From: an uncultured cyanobacterium
Lineage (GTDB): Bacteria; Cyanobacteriota; Cyanobacteriia; Cyanobacteriales; Cyanobacteriaceae
Direction of reading: 5' to 3'
Assembly: GCA_963749915.1 (NCBI GenBank)
Contig: CAVVOP010000008.1
Span: 192,001-256,000 of the forward strand
Length of the DNA: 64,000 nucleotides
Shown: positions 20,565 through 29,513 of the stretch, piece by piece
Position numbering within the stretch: position 1 is the first letter of the stretch
Layout: the number at the start of each line of letters is the position of its first letter
Position numbers and translations under genes: made by a program
The notes under the pieces: generated by a model
Database searches by the model: none
Seen by the model: only the letters and a program-made list of their open reading frames with translations
What the model was told of the DNA's origin: nothing

Positions 20565-22817
20565 TTAAAAGTGGGGGTAAACATCTTTTTCAAATAAGGT
20601 TTTGATAGCTTCCGAATCCATTTTTTCCACAGACTTCTGATAATCGCAACGCACGCTATAATCTTTTCTCTCTGGGGGAGTTTCTAGTTTACTCAACCAA
20701 GTTGTATGAATAGTTACTCCCATATTGAGCTGAGGATGGCTGAGTCGGTAGCTTGGACCACTCTTGAGGTTTTTAGCATCAAAAATCCAAAGTTCACTTT
20801 TGTTGGCTAGACAATTATCAGAGGGAATAACAGTGCAGACAATGTAACCCTCTGTGGGATCGTCAGTTCCCAGACGTGGGACAAACTGGGGTGAGTTACC
20901 AAGAAAGCCGGGGGGAAAATTGTAAATGTCTGCGATCGTTAATTTAGTGGGAGAAGATTCTGTGCGATCGATGTGCATTCTCAGCAAATTAGCCGGCTTA
21001 CCTTTTTTAATGGTCTCGACTACTTCCTCTACTGAAACCAGTCGTTCTTCGTAGTTGTTGTACATTTCAAAGATTGACTCACTCAGAAGTTCTTGCCAGC
21101 CTCCCCAACAATTGAAGTAGATATCGGTGAACTGATTGGGCTGAAATCCTTGCCAGGCATAGAGTGATATTGCCCAAAGATGTTGAGAACATTGATCGTC
21201 AGAAACAAACACAGATTGACAAGTTTCTTTTTCTACATCAATGCTCCAAGAACCGATACGGCTTGCATCCATGGGAGCAACAAACATTCCTGCCCGCTCC
21301 CTCAATTCTTCGGTAACTTTTTCATCTTTGTAATAAGAGTTCTCATCTAGGTGGAGAAACTCGGCCGGATCTGTAGCCGCAGTATGAGCCACATGCAGAA
21401 TTATTTTGCCATCAGGATTTTCGTAATCTACCAGAAAATGGGCTGTTTCAGGAACAATTTTTACCTCCTTTGCCTTAACAGTTTTAACTCCTTGTTTCAG
21501 TTTATCACGGGGAATAATATAGATCCGGGTATAGGGTAATTGAGGATAGCTGAGGTATTCGTGAATTGAGCTTAGATACCGCCCGATATCTTTGAGGAAT
21601 AGATTTTTGCTATTAAAACTGGGAAGTAAGTCTTCCAAGACTAGCTTAAAAGCTGAGTCCGCTAGTAAGACATAGTCCTTAGTTATGCCCATCTGATGCA
21701 GGCTCTGCTTAATTTTGACTCGGCGACCGTTCGACCTCAAAACCTGCCATTCTTCCACTCCAGTGCCTTCTCCTTTCCAGCGCTTAAGATAAACAGCATC
21801 AAGCTGCTTAATTCTTAACAAATCCAAAAATTCCTCTAGGAGGAATTCGAGAAATTTTACCGATAGAATTAGCCCCTTAACTAAACGATTAAACCACTTT
21901 TTGAGGAAAAGGACTTTGATATATTTATCGGCAAATTCTCGGGCATAAAAACTCAATAGTCTCGATATCCAAAAGAAATTGCGTAATGACTTGCTCCCAT
22001 TAACTGTGAACATTTCATTGTTGTGGGTATCAAAAGCAGGGTGGGCTGAACTCAGGGTGAGGGGGAAAATTTCCTCTAAGACTTTCTGCACAACAGGGAT
22101 CAAAGGATGCCACTGACAATTCCAGCCAATCGGTCCCACAAGTCCGAGAGTCCGGGGATCGATCTCGTAGGGACGACCTACATCCCAAGTTACTAACAAC
22201 CTTTCGGTTCCATCAGAAAATTTCATGGGTAGAAAGGCTGTATTGAGAAAGTTGCGAGCACCAAGTTTAACAGATGCCCTACTTAAGAAAAAATTATAAA
22301 ACTGAAGTTTGGGATATTCCTGAGGCCACTTTTTCTTGTATTCGTTCTCATCGCCATGCTGCCAAAGCGCTAAATCAGCGTAGTGATCTGGAGTTCTGAC
22401 AATTCGGGTAGCCATCCAAGCTTTGCCTATTTCAGGGCTGGGGTTATGAGGGTTTTGGTGGAAATCCAAGCGATAAATCATTCCCTCACCATTGATCAGG
22501 GAATTGCGAATTTGAGGATTCTGAGGATCTTTAACGGGTTCAACAACATCGGGAGATCCTTCATATTTTGGGGAACCAAAATAACCTACCGCTCCTACGA
22601 TGAATACATGACCGTGCAAATCAGCGGGAAGTTGACCTAACTCCCAGCATTTGTCCGACAAGATATCTTCGGGGGAACAGTCCTTAGATTCGGTTTCTGT
22701 TCGTCTTTTTTGTACTATCAGTTCTAGTGGCTTTTGGTAAAACTCTTCTCGACTAACGGAAAAAACAGCTTTGGGTAATCTCGGTGATTTTGGAGGATCC
22801 ACACTAAATTTTGTCAT
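20565..22817 (-). CDS. Carotenoid oxygenase (RPE65/CCO/lignostilbene dioxygenase) family protein
   Basis: NGEGMIYRL, DVGRPYEIDP, four candidate Fe-ligand His (SAHP, LHQM, AHFL, TIHTTW), SPQFVP, ELWIFDA. Confidence 0.88.
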   Translation of the reverse strand: MTKFSVDPPKSPRLPKAVFSVSREEFYQKPLELIVQKRRTETESKDCSPEDILSDKCWELGQLPADLHGHVFIVGAVGYFGSPKYEGSPDVVEPVKDPQNPQIRNSLINGEGMIYRLDFHQNPHNPSPEIGKAWMATRIVRTPDHYADLALWQHGDENEYKKKWPQEYPKLQFYNFFLSRASVKLGARNFLNTAFLPMKFSDGTERLLVTWDVGRPYEIDPRTLGLVGPIGWNCQWHPLIPVVQKVLEEIFPLTLSSAHPAFDTHNNEMFTVNGSKSLRNFFWISRLLSFYAREFADKYIKVLFLKKWFNRLVKGLILSVKFLEFLLEEFLDLLRIKQLDAVYLKRWKGEGTGVEEWQVLRSNGRRVKIKQSLHQMGITKDYVLLADSAFKLVLEDLLPSFNSKNLFLKDIGRYLSSIHEYLSYPQLPYTRIYIIPRDKLKQGVKTVKAKEVKIVPETAHFLVDYENPDGKIILHVAHTAATDPAEFLHLDENSYYKDEKVTEELRERAGMFVAPMDASRIGSWSIDVEKETCQSVFVSDDQCSQHLWAISLYAWQGFQPNQFTDIYFNCWGGWQELLSESIFEMYNNYEERLVSVEEVVETIKKGKPANLLRMHIDRTESSPTKLTIADIYNFPPGFLGNSPQFVPRLGTDDPTEGYIVCTVIPSDNCLANKSELWIFDAKNLKSGPSYRLSHPQLNMGVTIHTTWLSKLETPPERKDYSVRCDYQKSVEKMDSEAIKTLFEKDVYPHF

Positions 22818-22840
22818 GAATCTTTTTTTATATCTACTTA

Positions 22841-23460
22841 AGATATCAATTTAACTGTTTATATTATGCAGCTTTTTGGTCTTAACTTTTCGCTATTTTC
22901 CCCTTAAATCTTGACATTTTGGATGTTTAAACAATGAAGCCTCCTGGGGCAATGCAGCAACTAACTCTACCTCTCCATCTTGGTTAACGACCCAGCCGTT
23001 GACTTGCACAATTGATGTTGGAACTTGCTGACGGGACTGCTTTTTCACGGGAGGTAAATTTTTCCTGGTGTCTAATTCAGTAAAGTCCCGTAAATCAGGT
23101 AAAATTGTTTGTCCCCGAATTGTAGTTGTGGGGTCTTCTGGTAAGCCACCCCTACCAGTGACAGTAAAAGAGTTTCCTTCCGCCGCTGCACAGCCGGCAA
23201 TCACGCGATCGCTGGGATCAGTGGTTTGATCGGGCAAGTCAACTAATCCGGAGGTGGGATCGACATCGGGGTTATTAATCGCAACAATTCCCGCCAAGCC
23301 AAATTCAGAAGAAGCGGTGATATCACTGCGTGGTGTTTGCTTTGCCCGAAATTCGATGCCAAAGAGCTCATTTGTGGTGATGTCGATATTGCCCCCATTG
23401 CCCTCAAAAGCATTCGCTGTAATATCGCTATTTTCAAAAGGAGGAGCGATAATAAAAGGA
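22841..23460. repeat. Direct repeat copy 2 (~620 bp): 3' end and 3' flank of TpsA-like gene
   Basis: Near-identical to 17422-18042; offset about 5.42 kb. Confidence 0.9.
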
Positions 23461-26408
23461 GAGGTAATAGTTATATTTCCCCCATCGCCTCCAGCACCTG
23501 CTGTACCAGCATCCGTAGCAATTGCACTCTCATGACGTAATAAAATTGCATCATTCATTGTTAGATCAATATCACCTCCATCGGTGCTAGCTGTGGTTGC
23601 CGAAATCCGTCCTTGATTGTCAAGGCTTAATTTATTTCCTCTCATCGTAATACTACCGCCAACTCCTGTACCCTGACTATCCACAGAAATGACGGCACCA
23701 TCTTTAATTTCAATCAATGGAGAGTCAACAAAAACATTACCTGCATTTCCTGTCGAAGTTGCTGTTGTATTAGAAAAAAGCCCTGTATCGGAACCAGAAA
23801 GCAAAACTGTATTTGTCCCCAAAATCTCAATATTTCCAGCATTACCGCTATCTTCTGTTAAAGCTTCTAATTGAGCTCCATTAGTCACGGATAGATCAGG
23901 TGTAGTGATTTTTAAAGTACCACCTTGTCCGATGGCACCTTCTAAAACGCCAACAAATGCACCACTAGGCTGAGGCTTTTCTAAGTTTTCATCGGCAAAT
24001 AAACCATCAAAAGATGCTGATTTTGCCACTCTAAGATTAATACTACCCGCATTTCCTCTGCCTTGTGTACTAGCACTGATTAGTGCACCATTAGTAACTG
24101 TTAATTGCTCTGTAGTAATATCTATGGTATTACCATCACCTGTGGCAGTGGGTCTGACTTCAGAAACAATCAGACTAGGAACTAGAACAGATTCAGGATT
24201 GGGATCGAGCAATATTCCACTATCAAGAGTAATATCTTTCGCATCAATAAAAATGCTGCCAGCATTACCATTGCCATTAGTACTAGCCCTTATTTGTCCA
24301 CCTTCAGAGAGGGTGATTGAACCTGTTTGAATTACGATCGCACCTCCATTTCCCCTAGCATCAGGAAAGACATCAGTAACGATCGCACTGGGTAAAAACC
24401 CGAAAGTACCAAGCAAATTAATTGAATTCTTGGCGTTGATATTGACTTTGCCACTATTGCCAATCCCAAGAACTTGGGAACTAATTTGACTACCATCAGT
24501 TAGGGTCAAATCTTTAGTTTGGATATTTATATCCCCAGTATTTCCGCCGATAGAACTTACTGCCACCGCAGCAATGAAGCTATTATTCTTGAGAGATATC
24601 TTCTCTGCGTTAATCAAAAGATTGCCAGTGTCACCCATACTCTCTCCAGCGGTGACAACAGCGATCTCGCCGCCGTTAATTTCTAAGTAATCAGCTTTAA
24701 CGTTAATATTACCTCCTTGTCCCTTCCCTAACAAAACTGCTGCGATTGAACCCCTAGATTCAGGAGGTTCAGTTAGACTGGTATCACCTACGAAAATTTG
24801 CGGTGCTGTTAATTTAATATCACCGCCCATACCTTCACCAAAGGTAACACTTTCTATGGAACTAGCCTGAATAGCAGATTTGCTTTTGAGGGTGATATTA
24901 CCGCCAATGCCGCCAAAACCCAAAGAGAAGACTTGGGCCTCCACGGGAAGGGAAATATCTCCATCAGCTAGAAGTTGGACATCTCCCCCATTACCACCCA
25001 TTCCAGAAACTTCAATAAGTTGATCGACATTAATTCCACCTCGTGAGTCAAGGAAAACTGAACCGCCATCTGCATCACTGGACGAATCAATTAAACCAAC
25101 TCGAATATTCCCAGAGAGTTCCGAATTTGGTCGATCTTGATTGCTGAGAAAAACTAAACCTCCTGGATTAATAATTTGATTAATCTTGATATCTGCACTA
25201 TTTTGTACCCCGTTAGTATCAGGAGTGGAGGAAAAACCTTGAATGTCCCCTTGAATGCCTCTGGGTTCAATATTAGTTGTTCCTGAGCGAATATCTAGGG
25301 TAGGCTGAACACTACCATCAATAGCAACAGTAGTTATCCCATCAGATAGAGTTACAGTTTCCTGAATCCCATCATTAGGATCTGCATCGGTAATTTCAAT
25401 AGTATCAGCAGTAACACTTCCTCCGGCAAAAATATGTAAAGAAGCACCTGTATAACTACTAAAACTAACATCTCCGCTAGCACGAATTACAGGATCATTG
25501 GGACTGGTGGCCTTACCTAGATTACCATTAAGATCTTCAATACGAAAATTGCCCCCACTATAAAAATAAGCATCAGTGATAACGGGATTATAAGAACGTA
25601 AAATTAAATCTCCTCCTGCCGATACAATACTTGCAGGATGATTTAATGCGAAAATATCTACTAGTTGATTGCCTTGAACTAATAACTGATTATCAGCAGA
25701 AGCAATAAAAGGAGACGTAACGCTATCTCTGATTTGGACAGTATCAGTGGCTTTGAGAGTTAAATTTCCCCCTGCATGCAATTGCCCTTCTAAATTGAGA
25801 TCTTTACCAACTAAAGTTAAATCTTGGCCAACATTAAGATTTCCTTGATTGGCGATCGCTGCCCTGGTATTTAACCAATCTCCTAGCCCTGGAGTGACAT
25901 TGACTGTTAGTAAAGGTACCGCTTGAGGATTGGTAGCACTAAACTCAACACCATTACCCAATAATAAGCTTTCACTAGTACTAGCAACAAAAGAACCTTT
26001 AACATCTAACTGGGCATTGGGACCAAAAATAAAACCATTAGGATTGAGCAAAAAAAGGTTGCCATTGCCTAAAACGCCTAAAGTTCCTAGAATTTCTGAG
26101 ATATTTAGCCCTGTTACCCTACCGATAATATTTTCGATGCCCGCAGGATTAGCAAAATGAACCTGTTGCCCATTATTAACATTAAATTCTTGAAAACTGT
26201 GAAAAACGTTGTTACCTCGAATAGCACCACCATCAATGCGATTAGTTTCACTGTTACCTAAAGGAACGTTAGGGGTAATCGTAGAGCTTTCAGTACCCAT
26301 TGAGTTATCAGGTATAATCTGTTGAGCAATACTAGGCATTCCGTAGCCCATTAAGCCAGTCAGAAAACTAATGGTCAGAAGCCTGATCCTGCAATTACTG
26401 CTAGTCAT
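22893..26408 (-). CDS. Filamentous haemagglutinin/TPS-domain exoprotein (TpsA-like, 1171 aa)
   Basis: Signal peptide (SIA-Q), NVFHSFQEFNV, NLFLLNPNG, beta-helix repeats, GGAGG RBS; C-terminus nearly identical to that of 17475-20132. Confidence 0.92.
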   Translation of the reverse strand: MTSSNCRIRLLTISFLTGLMGYGMPSIAQQIIPDNSMGTESSTITPNVPLGNSETNRIDGGAIRGNNVFHSFQEFNVNNGQQVHFANPAGIENIIGRVTGLNISEILGTLGVLGNGNLFLLNPNGFIFGPNAQLDVKGSFVASTSESLLLGNGVEFSATNPQAVPLLTVNVTPGLGDWLNTRAAIANQGNLNVGQDLTLVGKDLNLEGQLHAGGNLTLKATDTVQIRDSVTSPFIASADNQLLVQGNQLVDIFALNHPASIVSAGGDLILRSYNPVITDAYFYSGGNFRIEDLNGNLGKATSPNDPVIRASGDVSFSSYTGASLHIFAGGSVTADTIEITDADPNDGIQETVTLSDGITTVAIDGSVQPTLDIRSGTTNIEPRGIQGDIQGFSSTPDTNGVQNSADIKINQIINPGGLVFLSNQDRPNSELSGNIRVGLIDSSSDADGGSVFLDSRGGINVDQLIEVSGMGGNGGDVQLLADGDISLPVEAQVFSLGFGGIGGNITLKSKSAIQASSIESVTFGEGMGGDIKLTAPQIFVGDTSLTEPPESRGSIAAVLLGKGQGGNINVKADYLEINGGEIAVVTAGESMGDTGNLLINAEKISLKNNSFIAAVAVSSIGGNTGDINIQTKDLTLTDGSQISSQVLGIGNSGKVNINAKNSINLLGTFGFLPSAIVTDVFPDARGNGGAIVIQTGSITLSEGGQIRASTNGNGNAGSIFIDAKDITLDSGILLDPNPESVLVPSLIVSEVRPTATGDGNTIDITTEQLTVTNGALISASTQGRGNAGSINLRVAKSASFDGLFADENLEKPQPSGAFVGVLEGAIGQGGTLKITTPDLSVTNGAQLEALTEDSGNAGNIEILGTNTVLLSGSDTGLFSNTTATSTGNAGNVFVDSPLIEIKDGAVISVDSQGTGVGGSITMRGNKLSLDNQGRISATTASTDGGDIDLTMNDAILLRHESAIATDAGTAGAGGDGGNITITSPFIIAPPFENSDITANAFEGNGGNIDITTNELFGIEFRAKQTPRSDITASSEFGLAGIVAINNPDVDPTSGLVDLPDQTTDPSDRVIAGCAAAEGNSFTVTGRGGLPEDPTTTIRGQTILPDLRDFTELDTRKNLPPVKKQSRQQVPTSIVQVNGWVVNQDGEVELVAALPQEASLFKHPKCQDLRGK

Positions 26409-26522
26409 TAATTACCTCCCCTCTTGGTGAGTCAAGCAAACATTTGGGTACAAAAAACTCAGATTGGGAAGATCCTAACACGGCTTGGCAAAATTGAGAT
26501 TTAGATTGAGAATAAAATGATT

Positions 26523-26831
26523 TTAACTAGGCATAATTACCTCCAAAATGTCCTGACAAGATTGACCTTAGGCAAATAGACCCTGAGCTAAAGACAATAA
26601 TTGTCCCAATACTTCACGGTTCAAGGAGTATCGCTTAAATCCCCAGTTTCATGGGCAATCACTAATCGTTTTTTTCCCTACTTTTTCAGACGTACCACTT
26701 TAGTAAAAGCCCGATAATGATTTGATTTCTCCATTACGACCTTTAACCTGACAATGACGAAAGCTAGATCGACTATTATTTTTCAACTCTTCTGCGATGA
26801 CATCAACTCTAGTCCAGATTCCTTTCCAATT
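26523..26831 (-). pseudogene. Decayed, internally deleted DDE transposase fragment (IS701-like)
   Basis: Hand translation across frames: WKGIWTRVDVIAEELK..SFRHCQVKGRNGEIK / RAFTKVVRLKK*GKKRLVIAHETGDLSDTP / NREVLGQLLSLAQGLFA*GQSCQDILEVIMPS*. Resembles, from recall, cyanobacterial IS701-like transposases. Candidate element end CACGGCTTGGCAAAATTGAG at 26479-26498. Confidence 0.62.
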
Positions 26832-26872
26832 GTCTTGTTTGAGTTAGAATTAATTTAACCGACAAAAAACTC

Positions 26873-27028
26873 TATAGCAATCAGGAATCATTCGTGAGAA
26901 TCAAATAATTGTTTTAAAAGGATTCAGAATCCAGAATCCAGTATTCAGTAGAATAATTCTGACTCCCGACTCCTGACTCCTGACTCCTAGTCTCACCAAA
27001 ATCTCACAAATCAAAACTGATTGCTATA
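26873..27028. mobile_element. 156-bp MITE-like element with TATAGCAATCAG terminal inverted repeats
   Basis: 27-bp imperfect TIR: TATAGCAATCAGGAATCATTCGTGAGA versus the reverse complement TATAGCAATCAGTTTTGATTTGTGAGA (first 12 bp perfect). TA at both ends; internal heptamers (CTGACTC-type x4). Confidence 0.75.
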
Positions 27029-27050
27029 TATGTAGCAAATAATATTAAAT

Positions 27051-27425
27051 ATGACTGAAATCACCCTTAATTTACCAGAAGAATTGGTTTTGCGGGTTCA
27101 GGCCTTGGAAGAGCAACTCCCAGAGATTTTAGAGTTAGGGATGCGAGAATTTCAGGCTAGTTCCCAAATAGGTTTTAAAGGTGCAGGGGAGGTTTTAGAG
27201 TTTTTGGCTTCTTTACCTTCTCCTGAAGAAATTATCACTTTACGTCCAAATCAGACTTTACAAAATCAAATTGATAATTTATTGGAGAAGAATCACTCTG
27301 GAAGTTTAACGCCCTCTGAAGAACAACTTTGGCAACAATATCAATATTTAGAACATCTAGTTCGTATGGCTAAGGCTAAGGCTTATCTGAAACTCAAACA
27401 AAAGCAATCATCACCCCATGAGTAA
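27051..27425 (+). CDS. Hypothetical protein, putative antitoxin-like partner of the HNH gene
   Basis: MTEITLNLPEEL N-terminus, acidic, overlaps the HNH start by 8 bp. Confidence 0.65.
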   Translation: MTEITLNLPEELVLRVQALEEQLPEILELGMREFQASSQIGFKGAGEVLEFLASLPSPEEIITLRPNQTLQNQIDNLLEKNHSGSLTPSEEQLWQQYQYLEHLVRMAKAKAYLKLKQKQSSPHE

Positions 27426-27846
27426 GAGTTATATTTCAGCAAAGCTACGAAAAGTCGTTTATAAAAGAGCCAAAGATTGTTGTGAATATTGTCTAATCCC
27501 TGAAATTGCTACTTTTGCTTCTCATCAGATCGATCATATTATTGCTCAAAAGCATGGCGGTTTAACAGAGTTGGATAATTTGGCTTTATCTTGTAGCTTA
27601 TGTAACAAGTATAAGGGAAGCGATTTAACTTCTATCGATCCGAATACGGGTAAGATTACAACTTTATTTCATCCTCGTCAAGATCTATGGCTTGAGCATT
27701 TTCAACTTAAAGATGCTTTAATTACCGCTAAAACGGCAAAAGGTAGAGTTACTGAAAGACTGTTACAGTTTAATATTAGTGATCGTGTTGAAGAACGTAA
27801 ACTTTTAATGGATGCGGGTATATACAAGCTTCCTTCTTTGTCTTAG
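27418..27846 (+). CDS. HNH endonuclease
   Basis: CCEYC...QIDHIIAQKHGG...NLALSCSLCNKYKG; LFHPR. Confidence 0.92.
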   Translation: MSKSYISAKLRKVVYKRAKDCCEYCLIPEIATFASHQIDHIIAQKHGGLTELDNLALSCSLCNKYKGSDLTSIDPNTGKITTLFHPRQDLWLEHFQLKDALITAKTAKGRVTERLLQFNISDRVEERKLLMDAGIYKLPSLS

Positions 27847-28066
27847 AGGATATTTAAAAAGTCAGATATTTTAGCTTCTGCGGCAAGAAGCCCCACACCG
27901 TAAGGAATGAGGATTTAATTATTTAGTAAACTTATGAAGATTTTGGTGTGGCTACATAATTCCATTGGGGGAGATCTTGATCAAAAATGATACTCATATT
28001 TTCTTTGAAGTCTTGAGCCACTTTTTTTCCTGTTTCATAATATTCACTTATTCCTTTCCTTTTTAT

Positions 28067-28320
28067 CCCACATTCCGCACGTCAATTTGCACTATGCCAT
28101 GTAATACCTTAACGCCTTGTTTACAAAATATTCCCCAAGTAATAAAACAACGAAATTGAGATTAAACAAATATAAATACTGTAAAAATCTGTATATGGCG
28201 ATGCCAAAGGCACAGCGAAGCTGCCCGCAAAAAACAATAAATATATGTATTACCTATAGTAAAGTTGCGTAAAAGTCATTAAAATATGATTGTTTTCTAA
28301 AAGAACATGCGGAATGTGGG
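28067..28320. mobile_element. 254-bp MITE-like element with CCCACATTCCGCA terminal inverted repeats (possibly IS1634-derived)
   Basis: 13-bp perfect IR: CCCACATTCCGCA (28067) and TGCGGAATGTGGG (28308-28320); no transposase inside. Confidence 0.65.
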
Positions 28321-28428
28321 TTTAAACTATCCATGTCGCAAACTCTTAAAATCTCTGAAGCGAATAATTTGAGGACAGTAGCAAAAGACCAGGAGATGGT
28401 CAAAGGTTAAAAATTATTTGTTATTCTG

Positions 28429-28463
28429 AACTTATCAATTAAACTTATCAATTATTTAAATAA
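28429..28463. promoter_or_regulatory. Candidate ArsR operator: AACTTATCAATTA x2 plus TTATTTAAATAA palindrome
   Basis: Perfect 13-bp tandem at 28429 and 28442; 12-bp palindrome at 28452-28463, 11 bp before the ArsR start. Confidence 0.45.
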
Positions 28464-28474
28464 CCAAATTTAAC

Positions 28475-28792
28475 GTGGAAAATACTCTGGAACTAAATCG
28501 ATTAGAAAAGCTAGCATACCGTTTTAAAATTTTGAGCGAACCAAGTCGGCTAGGAATTATACAAGCAATTTGCGAATATGAACGTAGTGTTAACGAAATA
28601 TGTGAGCGCACTCAATTAAATCAAGCCAATGTTTCCAAACACTTACAATTTCTCAAAATGGCTGGAGTGGTTGCTTGTCGGCGAGTCGGTAACTGTCGGT
28701 ATTACCGCATCGTAGATTCAGATTTACTTAAATTATGTAGAGAAGCTAATCGACAGTTAGGTCAGGAGCTTTCCATTTATTCAGCTTCATAA
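28475..28792 (+). CDS. ArsR/SmtB family transcriptional regulator (Cys-rich)
   Basis: FKILSEPSRLGI, SVNEI, QANVSKHL, YYRI; 5 Cys. Confidence 0.92.
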   Translation: MENTLELNRLEKLAYRFKILSEPSRLGIIQAICEYERSVNEICERTQLNQANVSKHLQFLKMAGVVACRRVGNCRYYRIVDSDLLKLCREANRQLGQELSIYSAS

Positions 28793-28867
28793 CTTACTCA
28801 AATTACCAGTCTATTTTTTGAGTGAAAAATTGCGGTTATTTTTCAAAACTAAAAAAAGCCAAATACA

Positions 28868-29482
28868 TTGACTATGAAATATTTACACCGACTTTTAATG
28901 GGATTCATGATCAGTTTTCTGCTATTTATAGTGAATCCGTCTCTAGCAATCGCTCAAACTGACCCGGCTCAATTAGCTAAGGCAGTACAAGAAATTGAAA
29001 ACCTTGACGCTATGCGTTCTGGATTAGCTTCTACTTTAGAAGGTTCAACCACAGAACCGACAGTAGAAACTTTTAAAGAAGTCTGTAAACCTATAGGTAT
29101 GAAAGCGAAACAGCTAAGTAAGGAAAATGGCTGGCAAGTTAAACAGATTGCAACCAAATATCGTAATCCCGCCCATGCACCGGATAATTTACATTCGCTT
29201 ATGGCACTAGCTAAGTTTGAAAAAGATCCAGAATTAATGGGATTTTGGGATTCAGAAACCGTTGATGGACAAGCAGGTACTCGTTACTATCGTCGTATCA
29301 ACGTCGAACCTAGCTGTCTGGCTTGCCATGGCAGACAAAATGCTCGTCCTCAATTTGTCAAAGATAAATATCCTCAAGATCTGGCTTTTGATTTTAATGT
29401 CGGTGACTTACGGGGGATGTATACAGTATTTATTCCCCAACTTCAAGGGGCATTGTCAGAAACAAATAGCAGTCAGAATTAA
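28868..29482 (+). CDS. Tll0287-like/DUF3365 c-type heme protein with signal peptide
   Basis: Signal peptide (AIA-Q), EVCKP, YRNP, CLACH heme motif, GDLRG. Confidence 0.88.
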   Translation: MTMKYLHRLLMGFMISFLLFIVNPSLAIAQTDPAQLAKAVQEIENLDAMRSGLASTLEGSTTEPTVETFKEVCKPIGMKAKQLSKENGWQVKQIATKYRNPAHAPDNLHSLMALAKFEKDPELMGFWDSETVDGQAGTRYYRRINVEPSCLACHGRQNARPQFVKDKYPQDLAFDFNVGDLRGMYTVFIPQLQGALSETNSSQN

Positions 29483-29513
29483 TAAATAATTTATTAGCAA
29501 AGGAAATGATTCT

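Noticed and set aside
17422..23460. Repeat pair as a diversity-generating retroelement (TR/VR)
   Set aside because: No reverse transcriptase, both copies are coding, and the mismatches are not visibly adenine-specific.
17825..26160. Many short antisense or alternative-frame ORFs inside the TpsA-like genes, some appearing twice
   Set aside because: By-products of repetitive beta-helix codons and the 620-bp duplication; no independent coding signal.
26523..26545. GGAGG-preceded mini-ORF MPS* upstream of TpsA (possible uORF)
   Set aside because: Better explained as the final codons (LEVIMPS*) of the transposase relic.
26921..26990. Short tandem repeats here and at 5013 and 28429 as a possible CRISPR array
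   Set aside because: No unique spacers between the units and no cas genes; these are ordinary heptamer or minisatellite repeats.
27874..27952. CAAGAAGCCCCACACCGTAA...GGTGTGG, resembling an IS200/IS605 end
   Set aside because: Too short, with no tnpA/tnpB remnant visible.
27965..28159. 64-aa tracked ORF
   Set aside because: Crosses the MITE-like boundary, has no recognisable motif, TTG start.
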